Below are positions 1 to 7,524 of a stretch of DNA of 13,972 nucleotides, one piece after another. This stretch comes from Dubosiella newyorkensis (lineage in GTDB: Bacteria; Bacillota_I; Bacilli_A; Erysipelotrichales; Erysipelotrichaceae): contig NZ_MPKA01000078.1 of assembly GCF_001945605.1 (NCBI RefSeq), positions 1-13,972 on the forward strand. Direction: 5' to 3'. A model generated the notes under the pieces. The model was not told the DNA's origin. It was given only the letters and a program-made list of their open reading frames with translations, and ran no database searches. Made by a program: the position numbers and the translations under genes. The number at the start of each line of letters is the position of its first letter. The first letter of the stretch is position 1.

Positions 1-161
1 TTCAGATATTTATCGACCGTTCTGCGATCGACATCGAGTTCACGGGCAATCTTGGATTTGTTCAATTTCAAAACACCCTCCTTCATAAGCGGCATAAGCT
101 TGTTCAAATCTGTCAAAGAATCAACACGCAACGAGTTGTTGATTGATAAAGTAATGATCAT
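1..161 (-). CDS. Transposase N-terminal HTH region. Only the 5' part is present; the gene runs off the left window edge. IS21-family IstA-like by its HTH pattern.
   Basis: Not in the ORF track because it is open at the edge. Hand translation of the minus strand from the ATG at 161-159 gives MIITLSINNSLRVDSLTDLNKLMPLMKEGVLKLNKSKIARELDVDRRTVDKYL... A GGGAGGA Shine-Dalgarno (rc of 166-172) lies 4 nt upstream. The ...IARELxVDRRTVxKYL helix-turn-helix resembles IS21 IstA N-termini. The family call is from memory only. Confidence 0.5.
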   Translation of the reverse strand, partial: MIITLSINNSLRVDSLTDLNKLMPLMKEGVLKLNKSKIARELDVDRRTVDKYL

Positions 162-209
162 AAAATCCTCCCTGCAAATAAGAGAATTTTACAATCTTTT
201 TTTAGAAAT

Positions 210-248
210 TGTACATATTTATCTCATCGTTTATGTACATATTTATCT
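210..248. repeat. Two perfect 15-nt direct repeats, TGTACATATTTATCT, at 210-224 and 234-248 (24-nt phase). Probably subterminal transposase-binding repeats of the IS21-like element.
   Basis: Read directly from the sequence. Both copies lie 10-50 nt inside the inferred IS terminus. Confidence 0.75.
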
Positions 249-259
249 TAACGTCTACA

Positions 260-504
260 CCCGACAAATATTCTCTGCAGACCTGTTCCTTTAATTCAAG
301 AGAATATGAACGGTTATGCGGTCTGTTTATAAAAATATCGGGTCCATTGTTCTTATAGAGTCTGCCCCATTGACGAATAGTACTCGTGTCTCTTACCGAC
401 ATTCCCAAAGCGGCGGCGATTTCAGAAGTGGATTTTAATCCGCCCAAGTATTGTTCTGCGGCCCATACTTTCTGTGCTGCTGTGTATTTTGGCTTTCTTC
501 CCAT
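260..504 (-). pseudogene. IS3-family (IS150-group-like) OrfA, N-terminal 82 codons only, truncated by the IS21-like insertion.
   Basis: ORF track 202..504 reads MGRKPKYTAAQKVWAAEQYLGGLKSTSEIAAALGMS...NRPHNRSYSLELKEQVCREYLSG, which matches the remembered MGRKPKY...(A/S)EQK...YLxG...PHNxSYSxEFKEQVVxEYLxG pattern of IS150-group OrfA proteins. The last 18 residues (VDVKINMYINDEINMYNF) are AT-rich IS-end sequence, not transposase. Confidence 0.7.
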
Positions 505-574
505 GTAAAAAGTTCCCTTTCAGTAGGAGAACCCGTTTGGTTATTTCGGGTGTCTACTAAAAGGGAACTTATCA
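260..574 (-). mobile_element. IS3-family element fragment: left inverted-repeat end, 5' leader and truncated orfA.
   Basis: orfA starts at 504. The terminal motif AGTAGACACCCGAAATAA (rc of 541-558) recurs inverted at 13773-13790. The outer boundary lies somewhere between 558 and 574 and is not resolved. Confidence 0.55.
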
Positions 575-596
575 AAAGAGAGGGACTTGTTTTTGT

Positions 597-1486
597 TTAG
601 AGATTCTTTTTCAATTCTTCGATCTCTTCGAGCGAAAACTCCGTACAGGCTGCGATTTGCGAAAGAGGAATCTTGTTTTTCAGCATTTTCAAAGCCATTT
701 CTTTTTTTAGCTCGTCTTCAACTTTGTTTTTAACTTCATCTTTGACTTCATCTCTCACTTCGTCTCTCACTTCGTTTCTGACCTCGGCCCTAACTTCAGC
801 CATCATTTGATCATGACGACGATCTAGCATTTCTTGCCAAACTGAATCTGAAAATATCTGCATCTTGTCTTTCTCCTTTCCAAATTTGATCCTACTTATT
901 TTTGACTGGATAGGCGCAAGAAGGATCTGATCTACATCGCTTTGCCTAAAATCATGGATCAGCTTTCCAAGCTCGCTATTCGTGTCCTCATACGCTCCAT
1001 TGATACAAACGATCTTCAAATGGGTATCGACGACCTCTTCTGTTTCTAGTATACAACGAGCCAAAGTATATTTGGGCAATCCTTTCCCAAAAAGATCGTT
1101 TTCCGTATAGAAAATGACCGTCACATCTGGCATCGTATCATATCCTTTTCCTTTTTTTAGCGCTTCCACAAAGGCCATCGCCGCATAAAATTCCATTCTT
1201 GGAAACAACGCGACGATCCGGCTCTCTCTTTGCATTTCTAAAATCAAGATCTTGTTTCCATACAAAGACGAATACAAATCAAACACGCTATCATGTCCTT
1301 GAAGACTATTGATCACACGATATTCTACTTTCGCATCCATACATACTAAACTAGGATCCTCTAAAAGGATCTGAACACATATTGAGCCAGTTCAGGATCA
1401 TCTTCGAACATCAGCTGGAACAATCCAGAATCCATAACACGAAGACGTTCTATAATATAAGAAATCTCATCATAATTGGTTCTCAT
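597..1486 (-). pseudogene. Rpn/YhgA-like PD-(D/E)XK nuclease ('putative transposase', TIGR01784-like), interrupted by a 1-nt frameshift near 1373-1376.
   Basis: ORF track 597..1340 (247 aa) carries the D...E-x-Q core (VFDLYSSLYGNKILILEMQRES) and the typical C-terminal tail (IPLSQIAACTEFSLEEIEELKK). A second frame, 1486..1361, encodes MRTNYDEISYIIERLRVMDSGLFQLMFEDDPELAQYVFRSF*. Without the stop this would run on into ...QILLEDPSLVCMDAKVEYRV of the main frame. GAGGAAGGA lies upstream of the ATG at 1486. Confidence 0.6.
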
Positions 1487-1565
1487 TCATTTTTTTCCTT
1501 CCTCTTATATTCAATACGACAAAAGAAGAAAAAATGAGACCACACAACCAAAAAAAAGACAAAAG

Positions 1566-3329
1566 CTAAGCCTCTGTCTTCTCTTGAATATAAGAATCAA
1601 TATTCTTTTCGATGATCTCGAAATTCACGCTGCCACTCGATAGAAGCGCGTCATTGAACTCGACCTCGTCGAAATCATCCTTCAAAGCATCCTTCGCCTT
1701 GTCTCGAAGCGAATCCACTAAATAATAGCCATAATAATACGACAAGAACACGCCTGGATTATCCGCTAATTGATTATAGATTCCCTTGATCCCTTCTTCA
1801 TCGAACATCGGGAACGCCTCCATGAACTGATTGAGATCCATCCCCTCGTAATTGATCGCGATATCCATCAAAACTACATAGTAGTTGCTCAACAAATCGT
1901 TGTATCCACTCGCGCTCAGCGCGTCCTTGTTCAGATCCAAGAATTTCAAAGCCTGCGTTTCCGCATATGTCGCATATCCTTCGCTAAACCCTAGATTCGA
2001 CAAGAAATATTGAATCGTATATTGAAAATGCTCCTTGTTGTATTGGGCTTGATACATATGACCCGGAATTCCTTCGTGCGCTAACGTTTGATACAACGAA
2101 ATCGAACTTGGATCATCGCCATAATCCCGCTTGTTGTAGCGGATCTGATACTTCGTCGAAGAATCGATCGCCGGATGCATAAAGTAAGCCACCACCCCAT
2201 TTTGCGATTGCTCATCCGCCAAAGGCTGAAGATCATACTCCATCTCCTTAAGCTTAGGAAACGATTTCGCATAATTCTTCTGCAAAAACGGCAAGATCTC
2301 ATCCACGCTCTTAAAGTCTGTCGACAACATCATTCCCTCGATCACGACCTGCGGTCTTTCCTCCACCATCGCGCTCAGCTGCACCGAAATCTTCGAAACC
2401 TCGCTCTCCAAATTCGACTTGATCGTATCGATCGAATCGTTCGAACCCGTATACGAACGAGCCAACAATTCATAAAATTCCTTACCATGCTCAAAATTGG
2501 CCAGCCCCTGCAAAGGCAGCGCCTTTGAAGAAAGCGTCTCTAAGCTTGAGCGCATCGTCTCGAACGAAGGAAAGAACGAAGCCTCCAACGCACCCTTCAC
2601 ATCCGCGATATACTTGGCCTCCTTGTCTTGATCAAGACCAAGCTGCTCGATCTCGCTGACCAATTCGCCACTCACCGCACTATCATCCTTCGTATCCAAG
2701 ACCGAATCGATATTCTCCATGACCCCGTCATAATCAAAACGCAAAAGGTTTCGCTTCGCCTGCTCGTTCGAATACTCGATCGCCAGCTTTGTATAACGAG
2801 GCACATCATTGATCAACGTGATCAAATCTTGAATATCCGCCTCTTCCCGGACCTCGTACTCCGAAAAATAATTCACAAGCTCTTGCGGAACACCATTCAC
2901 CGTGCTCCAAATATTGTCGATATACAAAAACTCTTCCGAATCTTGACGCTTAGAAAGATCAAACTGAAACTCCAGCTGATCATAAATATCCCGCTCCAAA
3001 TCCGACAGCTTTTCCCGATCAAATTCCTCCAGACGCTTTTTTAAACGCGCCTCTAGCTCTTCATCTTTTTCATCTGGCAAGATCGAGCCTAACGTGACAT
3101 CCACCTTTTTAGGATCGATCCCAAAATCCGCAGGATGTTCAAAATAATGATGCATCGTCGTATAGTCGCTTTCCGCCAGCTCGACGACCACATCATTCAA
3201 ATAACTCTCGAACGCATGATCCTTTTCAACCACTTCCTCATCCTTTGTTACAGGCGAAGAAGGCGTTTGCGAAACACAACCACTCAACAAAAGAGTGCAC
3301 GCTAAAAATAAAATACAAGTACGCTTCAT
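1566..3329 (-). CDS. DUF885-family lipoprotein (putative metallopeptidase-like fold).
   Basis: 587-aa ORF. The N-terminus MKRTCILFLACTLLLSGC is a signal peptide with an LSGC lipobox. HEGIPGHMYQ followed by SEGYATYAE matches the DUF885 HE..PGH signature. An AAGAGGA SD lies 8 nt upstream of the ATG. Confidence 0.8.
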   Translation of the reverse strand: MKRTCILFLACTLLLSGCVSQTPSSPVTKDEEVVEKDHAFESYLNDVVVELAESDYTTMHHYFEHPADFGIDPKKVDVTLGSILPDEKDEELEARLKKRLEEFDREKLSDLERDIYDQLEFQFDLSKRQDSEEFLYIDNIWSTVNGVPQELVNYFSEYEVREEADIQDLITLINDVPRYTKLAIEYSNEQAKRNLLRFDYDGVMENIDSVLDTKDDSAVSGELVSEIEQLGLDQDKEAKYIADVKGALEASFFPSFETMRSSLETLSSKALPLQGLANFEHGKEFYELLARSYTGSNDSIDTIKSNLESEVSKISVQLSAMVEERPQVVIEGMMLSTDFKSVDEILPFLQKNYAKSFPKLKEMEYDLQPLADEQSQNGVVAYFMHPAIDSSTKYQIRYNKRDYGDDPSSISLYQTLAHEGIPGHMYQAQYNKEHFQYTIQYFLSNLGFSEGYATYAETQALKFLDLNKDALSASGYNDLLSNYYVVLMDIAINYEGMDLNQFMEAFPMFDEEGIKGIYNQLADNPGVFLSYYYGYYLVDSLRDKAKDALKDDFDEVEFNDALLSSGSVNFEIIEKNIDSYIQEKTEA

Positions 3330-3372
3330 AGTTAGATCCTCTTAATTTTCTACACTCCATTATACCGAAAGA

Positions 3373-3401
3373 TTGACAATTTTGGACCATTTTACTACCA
3401 T
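3373..3401 (+). promoter_or_regulatory. Sigma-A-type promoter for larC: TTGACA, 17-nt spacer, TACCAT.
   Basis: TTGACA at 3373-3378, an exact 17-nt spacer, then TACCAT at 3396-3401. This sits 22 nt upstream of the larC ATG and its AGGGGGG SD. The -35 element accounts for the spurious TTG start at 3373 in the ORF track. Confidence 0.55.
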
Positions 3402-3423
3402 TTTTTGTAGGGGGGTACACACC

Positions 3424-4677
3424 ATGAAAACACTCTATATCGAATGCAAGATGGGAGCCGCCGGCGACATGCTCACCGCTGCCCTCTTCGATCTGCTTCC
3501 CAACAAAAAAGACATCCTAGAAAAAATGAACCAAATCGGACTCAAAGACGTCCACACCCACATCGATCCAGCCCAAAGCTGCGGCATCCACGGCTACAAA
3601 GCCACCGTCCATATCCATGGAGAAGTGGAAGGAGAACGTGACCACGAGCATACCCATGATCATACGCACGAGCACACACAAAAACATTTCCATGAACACA
3701 CCCATACTCACGAACATGCGCATAGCCATCATCACACCCACCATACATTCCACGACATCGAACACATCCTCTCTCATTTGAACATATCGGACTTTGTGAA
3801 AGAAAACGCGCTCGAAATCTATAATCTCATCGCCCAAGCCGAATCCAAAGCCCACAACACCACCATCGACAACATCCACTTCCATGAAGTCGGAACGATG
3901 GACGCGATCGCCGACATTGTCAACGTCTGCCTCTTGATGGAAGAACTAGCCCCAGACGAAGTGATCGCCTCGCCCGTCTGCACAGGATCAGGCACCGTGA
4001 AATGCGCCCATGGCATCCTGCCCGTTCCCGCGCCAGCCACAGCCTACCTTCTAGAAGGCATTCCAATGTATGCAGGAACGATCCAAAGCGAACTCTGCAC
4101 CCCAACTGGCGCAGCCATCCTCAAACATTTCGTTTCCCGCTATGAAGAAATGCCAATCCTGCGCGTTGAAAAGATCGGCTATGGCATGGGCACCAAACAA
4201 TTTGAACAAGCCAACTGCATCCGCGCCTTTTTAGCCCAAGAAGAAGGAAAAGATCGCATCTATGAGCTCAACGCCAACATCGACGATATGAGCGGCGAAG
4301 AACTCGGCTACGCCATGAAACAAATCATGCGCGCAGGCGCTAGAGACCTCTTCTACACCGCCATCCAAATGAAAAAGAATCGACCCGGCATTTTGTTGTC
4401 GGCCATCTGCGACGAAGCGCACAAAGAAGAAGTGATCCAATCGATCTTCCACCATACATCGACGATCGGCATCCGCGAAAAGAAATGCGACCGCCATATT
4501 CTTAAGCGCGAAATCGAAACGATCCAAACACCATTAGGCAAAGTCCGCAAGAAAAAAGTCCATGGCTATGCTGTCAACAAAGAAAAATGGGAATACGAAG
4601 ACTTAGCCAAGATCGCTAAAAAAAATGATCTCTCCATATGGGAAGTCAAAAAACGAATCGAAAAACAAAACAACTAG
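3424..4677 (+). CDS. larC: LarC, the nickel-pincer nucleotide cofactor nickel-insertion protein (DUF111 family), with a His-rich insert.
   Basis: Start trimmed to the ATG at 3424. The N-terminus MKTLYIECKMGAAGDMLTAALFDLL matches the LarC consensus (MK.LY.D...G.SGDM..GAL.DL). The His-rich stretch is HEHTHDHTHEHTQKHFHEHTHTHEHAHSHHHTHH. HFHEVGTMDAIADIV and the C-terminal domain look typical. It is a single uninterrupted ORF of 417 aa. Confidence 0.85.
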   Translation: MKTLYIECKMGAAGDMLTAALFDLLPNKKDILEKMNQIGLKDVHTHIDPAQSCGIHGYKATVHIHGEVEGERDHEHTHDHTHEHTQKHFHEHTHTHEHAHSHHHTHHTFHDIEHILSHLNISDFVKENALEIYNLIAQAESKAHNTTIDNIHFHEVGTMDAIADIVNVCLLMEELAPDEVIASPVCTGSGTVKCAHGILPVPAPATAYLLEGIPMYAGTIQSELCTPTGAAILKHFVSRYEEMPILRVEKIGYGMGTKQFEQANCIRAFLAQEEGKDRIYELNANIDDMSGEELGYAMKQIMRAGARDLFYTAIQMKKNRPGILLSAICDEAHKEEVIQSIFHHTSTIGIREKKCDRHILKREIETIQTPLGKVRKKKVHGYAVNKEKWEYEDLAKIAKKNDLSIWEVKKRIEKQNN

Positions 4678-6284
4678 AAGAGAGCACTCCACTCTCTTCT
4701 TATTTTTTGCGCCAGCTCGATCTGGTCTGTGATCAAACCATCCACTCCCAAACGAACCATCCGCTCGATGTGTGGCTGGGTGCTTGGCGTCCACGCAAAA
4801 ATCTTCTTGCCCTCTTCATGGATGGAATGCACAAGCTCTGGCGTGATCGTGCTCTCCTCCACACTAAACGCGTCCACATACGGAATCGAAGCCACATCCC
4901 CATACGCGAACGTGAACAAAGCCAACGTCTCGATCTTCTTATCCAGCTTTTTGACCATTTCCAATTCCTTCGTATTGAACGAAGTCACCATGCACTCGTC
5001 CTCAAAATCATAGTCACGAATCATCTTGACCAACGAACGAACCAGTCCCTCATTGTTTCCTTTCGGCTTGATTTCAAGGATCAAAAACAAACGCTTCTTT
5101 TTCGCAAGCTCGAGCGTTTCCTTTAATGTCGCCACCTTTTCCTTTCCTAGACGGATCTCTTCGATCTCTTTGGATGTCATCTCCTTGATTTTTCTCGAAT
5201 CGCCTCCAAGCCTTTTAAAACTCGAATCATGCGAAACGACAAGCACGCCATCTTTGCTTTGGCGCACATCCAGCTCGATCGCATCCGCCCCCAATACATT
5301 CGCCCCCTCAAAAGCGGCCAACGTATTTTCTGTATGATGCAAAGAATCGCCCCGATGCGCGATGATCTCGATCGGACGCCAAGAAAAGAGCGATTGGGTA
5401 TGGATTCCATATCCAACAACACACCCTAAAAAGAACACGCAATACATCAGCTTTTGAGATCCGTTCTCTTTCTTGCACAAAACAACTACCCGATCGTTTT
5501 CCCATTTTTGATACCAATACGAAAGGAGCGCGTAATTGAGAGGCACGATCAAAGAAGAGAAAAAAGCAGCTAGACAAATAAACCCAAACCAATCAAGACG
5601 AAGGGGCAACATTCTAAAAAAAATATCCAGACAAAGTGAATATAAAAGCTGTACTCCAAAAAGCGAGCCGCCCAAAACCAAAAGACGATGCCTAGTGAGC
5701 CTCCAGCTCTCTTGAAGCGCCCGAAAAAAAGAAACCTCCTTCAAAAAGAAAAAGTGAAACACAAAAACCGTCTTTAAAAACAATCCTACGATCAAAACGA
5801 TTCCCAAAACAAGAAGGAGCTTGGCCCACCAGATCGTTTGAAGCGTCTCTAGCCAATACGGAGGGATCCGCACCTTCGTGATCACTTCCGAAATCAAGCC
5901 AAGATGAAAAAATGGCACGACCAGCAGCACCCAGAAAACGATCCCTATATTTTTGAATGAAAAGAGTCTTTTGATCTTCTTGAACACGAACGAAAAGATC
6001 GAGTTCAAGTTGATCGAACGATACTCTCCATTCCAAATGCCAAGAAGCGCGATGATGTTGACAAGAGCGTAGGCGCTCACAAGAAGCGCGAACCCGCTCA
6101 AACTCACGACCGCGATCGGCGAAGACAAAAAAGAAAGCAAATTTTTATTGGTGATATAGGCAAAGTCCGCCAAACGCAAGATCCCTAAAAAAAGGAATTG
6201 AAACAAAGGAATCATGATCAGACGGCTCGCGAACCCATACACGCTTTCGAAGGCGAGCGAAGCCCATACTTTACGCATTTTCAT
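4674..6284 (-). CDS. Membrane-anchored glycerophosphodiester phosphodiesterase: N-terminal multi-pass GPDPase_memb-like domain plus a C-terminal GDPD domain.
   Basis: ORF track 4674..6323. Start trimmed to the ATG at 6284 (MKMRKVW...), because the track start is a TTG. About 300 aa contain many hydrophobic helices. They are followed by IIAHRGDSLHHTENTLAAFEGANVLGADAIELDVRQSKDGVLVVSHD, which is the GDPD HR...E.D...HD signature. Confidence 0.8.
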   Translation of the reverse strand: MKMRKVWASLAFESVYGFASRLIMIPLFQFLFLGILRLADFAYITNKNLLSFLSSPIAVVSLSGFALLVSAYALVNIIALLGIWNGEYRSINLNSIFSFVFKKIKRLFSFKNIGIVFWVLLVVPFFHLGLISEVITKVRIPPYWLETLQTIWWAKLLLVLGIVLIVGLFLKTVFVFHFFFLKEVSFFRALQESWRLTRHRLLVLGGSLFGVQLLYSLCLDIFFRMLPLRLDWFGFICLAAFFSSLIVPLNYALLSYWYQKWENDRVVVLCKKENGSQKLMYCVFFLGCVVGYGIHTQSLFSWRPIEIIAHRGDSLHHTENTLAAFEGANVLGADAIELDVRQSKDGVLVVSHDSSFKRLGGDSRKIKEMTSKEIEEIRLGKEKVATLKETLELAKKKRLFLILEIKPKGNNEGLVRSLVKMIRDYDFEDECMVTSFNTKELEMVKKLDKKIETLALFTFAYGDVASIPYVDAFSVEESTITPELVHSIHEEGKKIFAWTPSTQPHIERMVRLGVDGLITDQIELAQKIRREWSALF

Positions 6285-6341
6285 AGCCTTATCATGACGC
6301 TTCTTACTGAAAGAAACAACCAAAGCGCCTATTGTAAAAGT

Positions 6342-6953
6342 ATGAAAACAAACAAAGAACTTTTTTTATTCGATTTTGATGGCTTGCTGGTCAATACGGA
6401 AGAAATCTATGCGCAAGGATGGATCCACGCTCTTAAACAAGAAGGGAAAACGATCTCTAAAAACCAGCTTTCAAAATGGTGCGGCCAAAGCTCGTCCGCC
6501 ACACGACAAGACTTTGAACAATTGTTTCCCGAACCAGGATTTTATGAAAAAATCTACCAAAAACGAGAAGAATTCATCTACTGCTCGTTAGAAAATGGAA
6601 ACCTCCATCTTCTTCCTTATGCCAAAGAGGCGCTGAGCGCCATCCAGAAGGCGCATAAAAAAAGCCGGCTCGTGACCGGCTCGAAAAGAAAGCGCGTGTT
6701 GGACATTCTTAGGCATTTTCAGATCGAACGATTTTTTGACCAAATCATCTGCGACGATGATATTCATTCCTCCAAGCCCGATCCAGAAGGATATCTTCTT
6801 GGGCTGAAAGGCTTTATGCGATCGGAAGCGATCGCTTTTGAAGATTCGACCACTGGTTTGCTGGCGGCCAAAAGAGCGGGAATCGAAGCGCTCCAGATCC
6901 CAAGTCCAGACTATGTAACTCTCGAGTGCGTGCTAGAATATCTTAAAAAATAA
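6342..6953 (+). CDS. HAD-IA family phosphatase (beta-phosphoglucomutase-like hydrolase).
   Basis: Start trimmed to the ATG at 6342. MKTNKELFLFDFDGLLVNTEE contains motif I (DxDG). LVTGS is motif II. FEDSTTGLLAAKRAGI is motif IV. The SD is weak. Confidence 0.8.
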   Translation: MKTNKELFLFDFDGLLVNTEEIYAQGWIHALKQEGKTISKNQLSKWCGQSSSATRQDFEQLFPEPGFYEKIYQKREEFIYCSLENGNLHLLPYAKEALSAIQKAHKKSRLVTGSKRKRVLDILRHFQIERFFDQIICDDDIHSSKPDPEGYLLGLKGFMRSEAIAFEDSTTGLLAAKRAGIEALQIPSPDYVTLECVLEYLKK

Positions 6954-7524
6954 GCGAATCGGCCCATTGGATCTTTCCATTCTCGATCTGCTGGATAGGC
7001 GCGAGCGAAAAGAGAGGATAGTGTTTATCTACGATATAGGTATGACCGGCTTGGAACACCTTTTCGATGAGCGCGGCTACGCCTACGATTTCTCCACCAG
7101 CTTCTAGGATCAAACGCTCCGCGCCCTTGAACGCTTCGCCATTGGCTAAAAAGTCGTCCAAAAACAAGATCTTGTCGTGTGGCGACAAATATTTACGTTC
7201 CACGCACAACGTATACGCTTTTTGTTTCGTGTAAGAAAAAACTTGGGTATAGAGCGGATCTTCCATCGTGTTTGGCTCGCTCTTTTTCATAAAGAGAAGC
7301 GGAACGCGCAGTTTGGTGGCAAGCGCGTAGGCTGGCGCGATCCCGCCCGATTCGATCGTCACGATCTTCGTGATCGGCAGATCCTTCACTTGCTCATAGA
7401 AAGTGGTGGCGATCTGCTCCATCAAAACGGGATCAATTTGATGGTTGAGAAAGGCGTCTACTTTGATCAGATCCGTGCCTAAGCAAGTACCTTCAGCTTC
7501 GATTTTCTTTTTCAGTTTCTCCAT
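6943..7524 (-). CDS. xpt: Xanthine phosphoribosyltransferase.
   Basis: 193 aa. The N-terminus (LGTDLIKVDAFLNHQIDPVLM), the IESGGIAPA segment and the PRPP loop (ILFLDDFLANGEA) are collinear with Bacillus/streptococcal Xpt as I remember it. Confidence 0.85.
   Translation of the reverse strand: MEKLKKKIEAEGTCLGTDLIKVDAFLNHQIDPVLMEQIATTFYEQVKDLPITKIVTIESGGIAPAYALATKLRVPLLFMKKSEPNTMEDPLYTQVFSYTKQKAYTLCVERKYLSPHDKILFLDDFLANGEAFKGAERLILEAGGEIVGVAALIEKVFQAGHTYIVDKHYPLFSLAPIQQIENGKIQWADSLIF

Larger units (their letters stand above)
1..259 (-). mobile_element. IS21-family-like insertion sequence, transposase-proximal end. The rest lies beyond the window start. It is inserted into an IS3-family orfA.
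   Basis: The IS3 OrfA-like reading frame loses family resemblance after Gly82 (about nt 259-261). From there the minus strand reads TGTAGACGTTAAGATAAATATGTACATAAACGATGAGATAAATATGTACA..., showing a TG terminus and two subterminal 15-nt direct repeats. An SD and the HTH transposase ORF follow. Multiple subterminal repeats and TG ends are IS21-family traits. The boundary is uncertain by a few nt. Confidence 0.45.

Noticed and set aside
52-294. 80-aa plus-strand ORF across the IS21-like / IS3 junction.
   Set aside because: It spans two unrelated IS segments antisense to both transposase frames, and the AT-rich terminal repeats produce the YLIVYVHIYLNVY string.
1770-3044. Plus-strand ORFs 1770..1994, 2088..2528 and 2628..3044, plus the minus-strand frame 2081..2302, all inside the DUF885 gene.
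   Set aside because: They are antisense or off-frame shadows of a well-supported 587-aa gene. The translations are Arg/Leu/Ile/His-rich low-complexity sequence typical of reverse-frame artefacts.
3444-4550. Several 60-120-aa ORFs on both strands inside larC, for example 3517..3885(-) and 4231..4527(-).
   Set aside because: They are generated by the repetitive CAC/CAT/GAN His-rich coding region and by off-frame reading of larC. None has a start context.
4638-6036. ORFs 4638..5126(+), 4729..5013(+), 5026..5337(+), 5229..5429(+) and the minus-strand off-frame ORFs within the GDPD gene.
   Set aside because: They are shadows of the 536-aa GDPD membrane protein, with no SD and implausible sequences.
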